Shown here: in pieces, positions 1 through 23,692 of the stretch
Position numbering within the stretch: the stretch's first letter is position 1
How the letters are laid out: each line of letters opens with the position of its first letter
Source of the DNA: Blastocystis sp. Blastoise
Lineage: Eukaryota > Protista > Bigyra: Opalinata
Assembly (NCBI GenBank): GCA_039096225.1
Contig: JBBPEB010000015.1
Location: 2,232,001-2,296,000 of the forward strand
Direction: 5' to 3'
DNA: 64,000 nt
Position numbers and translations under genes: made by a program
Notes under the pieces: model-generated
What the model was told of the DNA's origin: nothing
The model's database searches: none
What the model saw: the letters and a program-made list of their open reading frames with translations, nothing else

Positions 1-41
1 ATATTGTATACAAATAACATGAAATTGAGACTGATCTATTT

Positions 42-987
42 TTAAGCTGTAGTCTATATATAAATAGTATAAATAATAAAATGAAATGATGAATAATAAA
101 ATAAAAGAGCAGACAAAAGAATACTATAATTAATGCATACTTGAGAAGCAACTTTCATGGTAGCAGAAAGAGCTTTTTGAGCTAATTGAGGGTTCTTCTT
201 TAATAATTCGGCCATTTCATTTTCACCAGAAGTGTAACCAACAGTAGGATCATCAAATATCTTCATATTACCTCCCTTGAAAGCAGGATGAATAAATAAA
301 ATGAGAATATTATATCTATAGAAATAGTTATTAAAAAAATAATAATAAAAATAATGAAGTTAAATTTTACAAAAAAAAAAAAAAAACAAATATAAATATC
401 CTAAATAACATACAAAGCAACTAAGAAAACACAACCACCAATAATATAACCGAAGAGACTTTGAAGAGAAAGAATAATAGTACTAGTGCTATATAGAATA
501 TATAGATAAAATAAACTAAGAATATATTATTTTAAATGCATTCACATATGTGATAAATAATATAGATTAAAAAAAAAAATGTATACAAGAAAATGAAAAT
601 AGATCTACCAAGATAAGTGAAAAGGAATCCATAACTATTTCTTAACTTAAGATTAAGTTTCTTGAATTGAAGTTCAAATAAGAAAAGGAAGAAACCAAAG
701 ATAACAGCATAAGCACATAAAATAGCTTGAGGAATTTGGAAAGCTATAACGAAGGACACGAAAAGGAAAACACCAATAATACAAATAACTAATCCTGTAA
801 GTGCATTGATAATACGTAATAATCTGAGAGCATGTTGAATAGGCATAGTAGAAATATTAGAAATTTTAGAGGTAATAGCGTTTTTGGCAGGTGCAGCTTG
901 AGGAGCAGCAGAAGAAGAAGCTAAAGTTTGAGCAGGAGGACCAGCAATAACGGGACCATCATCAGCAAAAGGATTATCGTCAGACAT
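42..987 (-). CDS. COPI-associated/TVP15-like Golgi membrane protein, 4 exons (987-587, 488-414, 315-141, 53-42)
   Basis: MSDDNPFADD N-terminus; TM helices with LFLFELQ...YGFLFTYLGRSIFIF, typical of the COPI_assoc family; GT-AG introns join the exons in frame, ending TTA*. Confidence 0.7.
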
Positions 988-1855
988 TGTCAATATAAGT
1001 TATCAATAAGTATGAATAACAATAAGAATTAATAAATATTTCTCAAGAATATCACAAAAATGGGATTTAGCTTTTTGTTTTTCTATGAAATAAAAATTAT
1101 TATAAAAAAATTAATGGAGGAACCACTGGATTCCAGTGTTTTCTCACTGACGAAACCCGTTATTATCTTCTATTCTTATCCTTATTCCATGATATAATCA
1201 AGGGAAATAGAGAGATGCGTCATTGATACATCCAAAAGAAAGCGGTTCCCAAAGAAAAAGTTCATTTTAAAAGATTTTCCCCATGTTTTTTGTTTATCAG
1301 AAAACTGACTGTATTTTTTAATTTTTTTTATATTTCTTTTCTTGATTCATCTATATTACACAGTATATCATACTAAACTGCTCTTATTCTCATTTTATAT
1401 GCATAGTGACATATATATAAATACGTTTTCAATCATAATTCCTATCATTACAGTTTCTTTTAGGCGAATTCTATTAATTGAATTTATAGGTTATGCCTTT
1501 ATGAAATAAATGAATATCAAGCATTCTTAGTCATTGATAACTATGCTATTTGAATACATATTAACACTTCGTAGGTCAAAGTTTGTCAGGAGTCAGTTTT
1601 TTGAACTGACATATACTTTTTCATCTTCATCAGTAGATTCTTAAGGTTTAGATTCACTAAGCATATAGAACATATTATAAACAAAACTAAATTCATACGT
1701 ATTCATGGTGAATAACAAATTCAACAAAAAAAAATTTAAAAATATAAACATAACACATATCCTATATATTTTGAATATATGAGTAAACAAGGTATAACTA
1801 ATAATAATAAATCAATCGTTCGCAGCAATTTATGATAAAACAAGAAGAAATGTAT

Positions 1856-2413
1856 TTAATTTTCGAAATCACTTCTTACGATAGCGTTCATACCAACATC
1901 TTTATATTCGCCCTTAACATAAACATATTGTCTTAGAATGCCTTCAAATTTCATACCAGCTTTTTGTTGTACTTTACAGGAATTAGGATTATTCAAAAAA
2001 TAATATCCATATACTCTATTAAAACCAACATCAAAAATAGCATAGTGTATGACACATCTCAAAGCTTCAGGAGCATAACCATGACCCCACATATCTCTTC
2101 TTAAATTATAACCAACAGCTATCTTCCTATCATGTTCATCAGAATCAACCATACCAATAGAGCCTATAACGTCATGGTTCTCTTTTAATTCTATAGCCCA
2201 ATTATAAACAGTTGGATCATCATAAGTATCGGACCACATTTGTAATAATTCTTTTGTTTCTTCTTTATTCTGATGTCTCTCATATCTCATGTTTCCAGCA
2301 ACTTCAGGATCAGAAGCCCAAGCATACATGGCATCAACATCATTTACTGTAAAACGTCTTAAAATCAAACGTTCAGTTTCTAAGGTCTTTGTACCTAAAT
2401 GTCTCAACATCAT
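1856..2413 (-). CDS. GNAT N-acetyltransferase, RimJ/RimL family, intronless
   Basis: LETERLILRRF, VGYNLRRDMWGHGYAPEA (acetyl-CoA motif), NPNSCKVQQKAGMKFEGILRQ; single uninterrupted ORF. Confidence 0.92.
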   Translation of the reverse strand: MMLRHLGTKTLETERLILRRFTVNDVDAMYAWASDPEVAGNMRYERHQNKEETKELLQMWSDTYDDPTVYNWAIELKENHDVIGSIGMVDSDEHDRKIAVGYNLRRDMWGHGYAPEALRCVIHYAIFDVGFNRVYGYYFLNNPNSCKVQQKAGMKFEGILRQYVYVKGEYKDVGMNAIVRSDFEN

Positions 2414-2747
2414 TTCAATTTTATTTATTCTATTAAAAAAATAAATATGGAGAAATATAAGATATTTATTTATTTACACAAAAAAAAAAAATCGTATGAA
2501 AAGATTCGTTTTTTATTTAACATTGAAACGGCTCTTTCATTAAGGTTTTTTTTAAATTTAAAAAATAAGGTATTCATTTATGGAATATATATATATTAAA
2601 AACATTTATTAATATTTAAAAGTGTATTATTAACTGAATAATAATTAAAAAATTATCAATAAACTAACATAGGTATGAAATGAGTATAATTATTAATTAT
2701 AGTGTATACATATTGATATGTAGTTAAATGATATTAAGATGTAGAAA

Positions 2748-2795
2748 ATAAATAAATAAATAAATAAAATTAATAATATAAATATATATATATTA

Positions 2796-2851
<56 letters not shown>

Positions 2852-2885
2852 ATATATTATTAAATAAATAAATAAATAAATAAAT
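2748..2885. repeat. (AAAT)n repeats downstream of the MFS stop
   Basis: Interrupted tandem AAAT runs. Confidence 0.8.
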
Positions 2886-2938
2886 ACAATAAGAGAGTTA
2901 GAAAATAAAAAATAAATACATCCTTAATGAACGAGAAC

Positions 2939-4177
2939 CTACACATGATCCACAAGAGTTGTTTGAGTATTATCTACTTGGCTATTCTTCTTTCTAAGTT
3001 CATAATGAATGATTAAGACAAGTAACATAGCGATAATCGCGAAAATAACTGTGGATCGGAAGGCCCATTCATCACCAATTTTTTCATTTAATATTCCAAG
3101 AGGATATCCAGATAATGCAAGAAGTAATGATTCTAATGGAATAATAACAGAACTTGCTACAGTAGATTCTATTTTGAAATATTCTACAATAATACATAAC
3201 ATTGTAGAATAGAAGAAAGTAACAAAAGCACCAGTTGAACATAATACCCAATAACCGTGTTCATTTATAGAAAAACCAATAATTAATAAGATAATAACTA
3301 TACTGATTGTAATGTATAATACATTAAAATAACCTATCCATTCAGTAATAAACCCAGAAAAAGCACGAGAAATTGTATAAATTAAATAAAAAACAGTATT
3401 AAATAAAGAACCATATATAGAAATATCCATGTGTAAATAATTCTGTATATATAGATTAGACCATGTAACAGGAGCTCTTTCTACTAACATAAGCATCATA
3501 ATACACAAACTAAATAACCAAACAGAAGGTTTTCCTAATTGTTTAATAATATCTTTTGAAGTAGCATGTTGTTCTGATTCCATTATTTTTGGTGGAAAAC
3601 GAAGAGCAAACGGACAACTGGACACAATAATAGATATTATTAATAATATAATTGAAACAAAGAAATAAACACCTCTGAATGAATAATCAGAATAATGCTC
3701 AAGAATTACTCCAGCAATAAATGAACCTGACATTCCACCAACACCATATAAAACTCCCATAATAGACATATAAACAGCAATATGCTCAGTAAATAAATAA
3801 GTACCAAGAGAAGAGTATACAGTATCTACAGTACCTACACCAGCCATAGTAAGACTTTGTGTGACGAGAATCCATCTGAAATCATTCACAAATATTGTAG
3901 TTACAGATCCAAGAAAGCAACAAATACAACCAATAACAAGAGACCATTTAAAACCAATAGATACTTCAAGGAATCCACTAAGACTTGAAAAAATAACATA
4001 ACCGAATAGAGTAATAGTTACATAAAGACCATAAATTTCATTGTCTGCGTTAAAGAACGTCATTGCTACTGGAATGGCAACTCCTCGAACAGAATCAGCA
4101 AATCCACTTACAAAACAAGTGAAGTAAACAGCTGTTGTCATTATCCAGAACTGAAATTTTGTTAATTCTTTATCCAT
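2939..4177 (-). CDS. MFS transporter (FucP/TsgA-like), intronless
   Basis: About 412 aa with roughly 12 hydrophobic segments; motifs GFADSVRGVAIP and YTISRAFSGFITEWIG; first ATG (MDKEL) at 4177. Confidence 0.8.
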   Translation of the reverse strand: MDKELTKFQFWIMTTAVYFTCFVSGFADSVRGVAIPVAMTFFNADNEIYGLYVTITLFGYVIFSSLSGFLEVSIGFKWSLVIGCICCFLGSVTTIFVNDFRWILVTQSLTMAGVGTVDTVYSSLGTYLFTEHIAVYMSIMGVLYGVGGMSGSFIAGVILEHYSDYSFRGVYFFVSIILLIISIIVSSCPFALRFPPKIMESEQHATSKDIIKQLGKPSVWLFSLCIMMLMLVERAPVTWSNLYIQNYLHMDISIYGSLFNTVFYLIYTISRAFSGFITEWIGYFNVLYITISIVIILLIIGFSINEHGYWVLCSTGAFVTFFYSTMLCIIVEYFKIESTVASSVIIPLESLLLALSGYPLGILNEKIGDEWAFRSTVIFAIIAMLLVLIIHYELRKKNSQVDNTQTTLVDHV

Positions 4178-4498
4178 TATGAAGTATACTACGAGAAAAT
4201 AAGAAGAAAACAAAGTTATGTTTTTTTAATGAAAAAATTAATGATTTATTTGTTTTTAGAAATAAGAAGGTATTTATGATTTTGGAACATCGATACTAAT
4301 TTAGTTGTATTGTGTGAATATAAGAAATATATAATAAAAAGATAACAAAGAACTGTTGAACAAATTGAAAAATCTATGTAAAAAATATACAAAAAAAAAA
4401 TGAATAGACATATGAAAATGATATAAATATGGACATTGTAGCAAGAATTAATAAAATATAATTAGAACAGTGTATATTAAAATAGAATTATGTTTAAT

Positions 4499-13012
<8,514 letters not shown>

Positions 13013-13324
13013 GATCACAATAATATGAAGCTACGTCAAGAAGTATAAAGGCAAAAAGATGAAAAGTTTCTTAAAAAAGTGAACAGAAAAGAATCGTGAG
13101 AATCTTGCTATTTCTCCTTTTATTTCTCCTATAATCATTATTTGTGTTTTTTGAGAAAAACTTTTCATACTGTATTTGAATCTAGTTTGCATATACATTT
13201 AAAAAAAAAAAGAATAAGTATATGTTGGATTATTAATAAGGATATAGAATAAAATTTGTTTATAATAGGGGATCCTTATTATCTAAGAATAATCATAATA
13301 AAAAGAATTCTTTTTCAAAACAAA

Positions 13325-14135
13325 ATGTCGTGTTCGGATAAGAATAATAATGTATTCTTGATAGTATAATTATATTAGCGAGATATGAGTCAGAAATACT
13401 ACGTGAGTACTGTCCAAAGTATTAAACACTTTGATTATCAAGCTACACATTACATTCAAGTGTATTTTATATAAATATTTATGTTCTACTAGTTGTAAAC
13501 TATAGGTTACATTTTGAAAGATTCTTGGAAGGTCTTGTATTGATTCCTGGTATTTTATTTGGTAGACATTGTTTTCCATATGTGATAATCGCCGTTTTCA
13601 TTTTATGTGGCCAATCGATTGGGTTACATATGACGATCTCAAGGTATTTTTGAAAAAAAAAATAAATATAAATTATTAAAATTTGATTTTAATGATTGTT
13701 ATAGTGTATTGACTGTAGCTCTAACAGAAATATTAAAATATGTGTTTAGAAGGGATCGTCCTCATGTGGATGCTGTAAATAATAAATTAATTCATATGAG
13801 ACAATATCTAAATAATCCTGCTTTTCCTTCAGGAGATAGTGCACAAGTATATATATATATGTTGCTTATATTATTTTTGTTATTATTGAATATATAAGTA
13901 ATAAATAAATATATAATAGGCAGCTGTTTTTTCTGGTGTATTCTTATATCATACACATAATTTGCTATTTCTTCTTCTTCCGTTACCAACAATGTTTTCT
14001 CGAGTATATTATGGTGCCCATTGGGTTGGTGATACTCTAGCTGGTGATTTTATAGGTTTATTTATATCTATATATGTGTCAACATTATTAAATAATTTAA
14101 CGAAATCACTTGTTCATATAGATATGCTAGAATAG
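13325..14135 (+). CDS. PAP2-family lipid/polyisoprenoid phosphatase, 5 exons
   Basis: KYVFRRDRP (C1), FPSGD (C2), SRVYYGAHWVGD (C3). Start exon less certain. Confidence 0.85.
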
Positions 14136-14338
14136 TATTATATATATAAATAATAGTTAAGAATTAAAAGTTAATAGATATAAGTTGTTTGTTTCGTTTA
14201 AATAATACACACAATACTTTTATATATTTAGAGTATAAGAATAAAAGCTTGAAACAAATTTGGTGAAAAATAAAAAAAAATGAAAAAGAGGAAAACAATT
14301 ATATTTTTTGATATATATATATTAATAAATTATAGTGC

Positions 14339-16976
<2,638 letters not shown>

Positions 16977-17919
16977 AGTGTTTATCTCAAATTCTATTTA
17001 TATCTGATGTGAACTATAATTTTCAACTTAAACTGAAAATCTTATTCTAGAATAAATAAGTATGTAAAGAGATATGAGCTAATAAATACAGTTCAAAATT
17101 TTCTTGATTATTCTGAATCCTTTTTGGAGAACTAGAAGAACATCGAATTGAAATACATATGAACAATAATAAATGCTAACATTATTCTTATTTTATTCAT
17201 GAACTATTTAAATATATCAAAATCTGATATATTAGATATAAGTGTTAGGCTATAATAGAAGCTAATAAAGAGGAAAATTATAAATGTTAAAAAGACAGTA
17301 TAATAAAAACTTGATAATTGCATTTATTATGCTTGAATAGTCACTATAACTATTTTACATTCTTTTAAAGTATACTAACAAATAATCTATGAATGATAAT
17401 AAAGTGATAAATAGATTATTGTTCAATAACAACGAGCATTTCTCATAAATCTGTCTCATTATCTTGCCAATATGTAAATGAACACTTAGACATAAAGAAA
17501 ACACTATGAATAGCATTTTACATTAGCAAATACAATTGATTTGATAGTAAACTATCATCAAAAAAACTTTCAAATTCTTTATTATTGTCATAACTTGATT
17601 ATTCCATACAATTTATACTTAGATTATATTAAAAGAATTGGCTTTCATTATCAACATACTACAATTTGTGACTTTCATGAAGAGTATTCATTCTAATACC
17701 ATCATAATAATGATGAATAATAAGAAAACTTTAATTCTTACCCATTTTAATAGAAAAGTGATGACTTAACAATAAAAAAATGTTTGAAAAAATTAATAAA
17801 AAATCATTTAGTGATCAAATGGAAATAATCGTGGGAAAAGAAATGAGTAAGAAAGTAGATGGTTCTCAAGAAATTTTTATTTTGGTTTATTGATAATTGT
17901 CCAGTGAAGATCAACACAA

Positions 17920-19642
17920 ATGGAAGTTGTCGATGAGATTCACGAAAATGCTGTATTCTATGATACTGTACTTGATTTGATTCCACCTGAATATTATTTC
18001 CATGGTGAAGAAGAAAATGAGTACAGATCTAGATTTATGAAGAATTCTAAAGAAGAAGCACCTAGACAACATTTCAAAGAAGAATCAAAGAAAAATAAGA
18101 AGGCTAAGTTCTCTTTGAGTGCAGAGAAGCATATAACAGATATTCAACGTGAGAAGATCATAAAAGCTAAAGAAGAAAGTAAACAATTCAAAGAAGAGGC
18201 TGAAAAGAATCCTAGTGCTTCATTACCTACTTTTGATGCTAAACCTGCTGCTACACTTGATGAATTGAGACAAAGACTGAAGGATAAAGTTGCTTCTTTA
18301 GCTGCTTCTAGACAAAAGAAAACTGAAGGTGGTATATATTTACATTTTATTTAATTTAGAACTAGAGTTATTTGAAAAGATTAGTTTATAGTTTTTTTTT
18401 ATGTTTCATATATATTCATAGTTTTATTTGAATACTAATAATATATTAATATTTAGGTCATAAGCGACCTTTGAAGCAAGAACGTTTAGAATGGAAAGCT
18501 AAACGTATTGCCACAGAACAAACTCAATCAAAGGATCAACAAACTACAGAAGAAAAAGTTGTTGAAAAACCTGCTGAAAAAACAGTTGAAAAATCTGTTG
18601 AAAAAACAGTTGAGAAACCTGCTGAGAAACCTGCTGAAAATAAGATGATTACTCCTGATATTAATGAAGTTTTATCCAAGTATGCTAATATATAGTTATT
18701 GTTGTTATTATGTTATATATTATATATTATTTATTATTGTTATTATTTATTATTATAATGTAATGTAATTGTTATTATTATATAATGATTATTTTATTAT
18801 TCTTCTTCTTATTATACTTATTACGATTACTTATACTACTTTCAATATAGTGTACAATTTGGTAAGATATCGGAGAAAGAAAAAGATCCTTTGAAGTTTG
18901 AGAAGAAGAAGAGTAAAAAACAGCAACTTACCAAGTTATTAGAAAAGGTATTTATTATAATAATATAATAGTTATAATTATAATTATAATTATGAAAATA
19001 ATGTTTAAAGACTCAAGCGAAGAAGAAGAGACTTGAAGAACTTAAGAATACAGAAGAAGGAGAAGTATATATATATATGTAGTATCATTCTGGATATATT
19101 AATAATATATATATATGTATATTATAGAAATTAGCTGATGATATGAATTGGGACTCTGTAATGAAGAAAGCTGATGGTCTTAAAGTGAAAGATGATGAAG
19201 CCTTGATTAAACAAGTATAGCATTATTATTATATTACTATTATGTTTATTATTATGTTTATTATTATGTTTATTATTATTATTATGTTTATTATTATGTT
19301 TATTATTATATTTATTATTATCATACTAATTATATTATTACAAATAAATTATCATTATATAGTCCTTAAGAAATATAACAAATAAGAAGAAGAAGAGTGA
19401 ACAAGAATGGAAACAAAGAGTACATAAACAGAAGATGGATAAGAAACATGAAGAAAAGGTATATATATATTTATATTTATATTTATATTATAAGAATTCA
19501 TTTTAACATTATATATTAAATATATATATATATATAGACAAAGAGAGCTGGATTTGAAGGTAGAAAGAATGAGTTCTTAAATAAGAATAAGAAGGGAGAT
19601 AAAAAAGAAGATGCTCCTAAAGCTGCTTCTAACAAAAAGTAA
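17920..19642 (+). CDS. SURF6: SURF6/RRP14 nucleolar ribosome-biogenesis protein, multi-exon
   Basis: FYDTVLDLIPPEYY (RRP14 N-terminal domain), LDELRQRLKDK, W...MKKADGLKVKDDEALIK, KKSEQEWKQR, RAGFEG. Confidence 0.88.
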
Positions 19643-19931
19643 TTTTCATGTTTTTAAATATATTTGTTCTATTTTAATTTGTGTTTTTAATCATTATTTG
19701 TTTTATATTATATGTGTATTGTTCATTTTATTGATTCGAATGAAAATGTATTTAAAAAATAATAATTTTTATTTAAAATTATTTCTTATAGACAACAGTT
19801 TGAGAACAAAAAAGAAAATATATAAATAGTTGAATATGAAATTCTTCATGAATATAGAAATAGACCAATCAAAAGAGAAAACAAAGAAAAGAAAAGAAAA
19901 TGAATAATTCTTTAATTAAAAAATATAATAA

Positions 19932-20178
19932 TTATTTATATTTCCACATAATAATATCTCCAACAGTAGCAAAATCTTCTGCGTAATATTCTGGTTTATA
20001 TATTTCTTGTTGATCTGTTAATTCACTTAATGTTTCTTCTTTTGTTACTCCAGATAACACACATATTGATGGGATATGATTCTATATATATAAATAGTAA
20101 TAGTTTATAATAGTATAGGAAATATATATATATATACATTTTTTGCAAAGAGAACATCAGTTTGCAAACTATCACCAA

Positions 20179-20246
<68 letters not shown>

Positions 20247-21318
20247 ATGATTATATCTCGCATTTCACATCCAGCGTCTTGTTTGACCATTTGAAGTATA
20301 TAATTAGAGGATTTCCCTTTGGAGAAAAATAATAATATACTTATAAGAATATATATAAATAAATATAGCATTATAATAAATTTATAAACATAATAAAAAT
20401 ATTTAAAAAACATAATAAAAATATTTAAAAAACATAATAAAAATATTTAAAAAACATAATAAAAACATAATAAAAACAATAAAATACCAATATATACCTA
20501 TAACGATATCTGGTGATCTTAGAGTTGTTGTTTGAATCATTGATAATAAACTATCTTTATTACTATTAATATTATTCATAGATGACATAGTATTTGAACC
20601 ACAAGTAACAATAAATGGATTTATATATTGATTCTTTTGATTTTTCATCGATAAATATTGTGTTAAATTATTATTATTAGTATTATTATAAATGTTTTGA
20701 GTAGAATCAATTTCTAAAATAACAGATCCGATATCATTTTTAAGTTCATTTAACATCTTATCCTTATTTTCAGATTGGATTATTTCAGGTGAATAATATG
20801 AAATACCTATTTTCTCTAATTCACGTAAAATACCTTTTTCACCAATAATATAACTATATATAGAGATAATAAACTAATAAATATAATAATATATTATATA
20901 CGGTTTTTTATTTAATTTAGAAGATTGCAAGTAATTAGCTGTTGCTGATGCAGAACTATATAGATATATAATCATATCATTATGCACATGATTGATACAT
21001 AGAATATACGTAATAACTTCATTTAGATTTGCATTGATTCCAAAAGAATTTAACTTCTCAACATAGTCTTCTCGAGTATTTATACAATCATTAGACTATA
21101 CGAATGAGTAGTTTAATATAGAGATTGAGATAATAATTATATACGATATAATAAAATTTCTTTCCACGAACTTTCATATAGTTAATAGCATCTACAACTC
21201 GAGGAATCGATTCAGAACCTTTCCAAATGACTCCATCACAGTCCATCAAGAAAACCTTAAAGCTGTTCAGAATATTGAAATCTTGAAGCTCTAGATGATG
21301 CAATAAATACTTAAACAT
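19932..21318 (-). CDS. HAD class IIA phosphatase (phosphoglycolate/4-nitrophenyl phosphatase-like), multi-exon
   Basis: FLMDCDGVIW (motif I), IMVGDSLQTDV (motif IV), CVLSGVT..., YKPEYY. Confidence 0.88.
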
Positions 21319-21575
21319 ATTACTATTCTATCAATAAAATATATATTTTTAAACAAAAGTTCTCTTTTTCGCGAAAAAATAAGAATTCACTTGAAACAAA
21401 CAGAATTTTCTTGATTATTTGATGAGAAATGGATTATTGTTCTTTTCAATAAAAACAGAGGGTCAACAATGAATAACTAAACAGTGAGAATGAACATGAA
21501 ATAGCAATCATAGAATATAACAATAAATAATAAAGAGAGACATATAAAAAGAAAAACTGTTTAAGATTAACAAAA

Positions 21576-23066
21576 TTAGTTTGTTAAAAAGCGTGTAGAT
21601 ATAGTACAAGTAATCTTCAATGATCCTTGTTGGTCTTCAACATTGGAGCATGAATGAAAAGACTCTTCAGAGTAAAAAAAGTGAATTTTGGTCATTTCTG
21701 TTGCTACTGGAATCTATATATAAATTATTTAAATAATTTATTATAAAAATAATGCATATATTTGAAGAAAAATAAAAAATTAAGTGCATACTTGTCCTTG
21801 AAAGGTTCGAATTCCAGTACTAAATTTTTGAATACTTGAAGGACCTAAAACATCTTCAACATCTTTTGATTCAGGAAACTCACGATTCTCAAAGTATGAT
21901 TCCTATAGTTTTATATATAAAAATATATATATAATACAGATATAATAGAATATATATAAAAAACGATATATATAGAGAAATGAATAAAAATATTTTACAT
22001 GATCACATCTGAAATTGTTAATAACATCCTCATCTATCTATATATATATGTATATATAATATATTATAGATAAAAGGATTGTTTAGTTATATATATATAT
22101 ACAACATCATATTCATTTTTCTTTGAGAAGTCTATGGATGATATAAGGTAATAAACATATATATATATCATAATTATGTTTAATATGTATATAATATTAT
22201 ACTTAATATAGATATATATAATTATTATATTTAATTAATATATATATTATTATATTATATTCAATATATATATACAGGATGCATTTGCTATTTTTCCTTT
22301 TCCTGAGAATAACGATAAATAACTAAAGTAATAAGAATAGATTAGAAGATTATTAATATATATGATATTAATAATAATATAATTATATATATATATATAT
22401 ATATATAATTACACAAGTCTATTTATTGTTGTTGTATAGTTCACAGTTGATTTGTTTTTCTTTTCATACACAGATGAACCAGAATAACTATATAGAATAA
22501 TAACAATATTATTATATATATATAAATAGAATTAATATATAAATATAATTAATATAAATATAGCGAGAATTAATATTATAAATATATAATATATAATATT
22601 AATAAATACTCTGGAATTAAATTATATAAAGAAGATCCAAGAGTTAAACGAGTTAAAGTACGTTTTCTTAGAAAATCGTCACTTTCTGAACATTCAGGAA
22701 TAAAAGGTGGATTTCTAATATAATATATAAAATAGAGCTACTCTGTTAATGAAATATATAATACAATCGAATCGAACCAAGTCTATTTTTACGTTTGGAT
22801 TGGTGATTGGTGTTCATAGTATCTGTCTCAGAGCTATATCGAATGAAAAACGAAACTGAATGAAATAATACATACTGGAATAATCTTCTTCTTCCTGCTT
22901 GACACGTTGATAAATTCATTTCTAAAAATTTCTTTTCTTGAGTAGGTTTTTTGTTGATAATATGACTGGGAAATAATTGTATTGTAGTTGGAGTTTCAAG
23001 GTTAGAATCAACACACATCTCTGTTTCAAGAATGGATGAATTCATCATATATTGGACTCTAGGCAT
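21576..23066 (-). CDS. Hypothetical protein, multi-exon
   Basis: GC-richer coding-like blocks flanked by GT/AG; ATG at 23066, last exon ends ...TRFLTN*. No family recognised; internal junctions not all resolved. Confidence 0.55.
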
Positions 23067-23692
23067 TATATAGCTTATTGAATAGTAATTTATTAAGAAT
23101 CAAAACAGAATCTTAATCTTAATAAGGTTGAATTTATATAAAAACAAAAAATCTTCATTTCTAGCGGTTTCTTCAAAAAGTTCCCACCAAAAGAAACACA
23201 TATTTTATTTTTTTAAATTTGAATGACTTTATTTTTGAAATTCAATTTATGAATCTTCTCATTAGACTTTTTATGGTAATATATGCTTATAAACATTTAA
23301 ATGGGTGTAAATCAAGGACATTAGTTTATTAATGATAGAAATAATGCTTTTCAGATATGTATTTTTTCGATTTATAGACTGAAATGAACATGAAGATAAT
23401 ATATAATGCTGAATATAGCTTGAATTCTGTGTATCTGAAACATGATGTAATGTTATTTTAGTAAAAACAATAATATTTTCTATTTAAACAAAACCAGATA
23501 GATAAATGAACAATAAATGAGTATTTAAAGAAATGATTTTCAATTGATTCCCATAAAAAATTAAAAATAAGGTTAAAATAAACCATACAAATAGTAAAAA
23601 CGAATAACAAGATGAAATATATTGTATTTAATGTCTATACACAACTATAGAAAGATTAAAAGAATAGAATTTAAAAGATTATATAAATTTAT

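Noticed and set aside
18560-18640. 12-nt tandem repeat in SURF6
   Set aside because: Ordinary coding EK(P/T/S)(A/V) repeat in a disordered linker.
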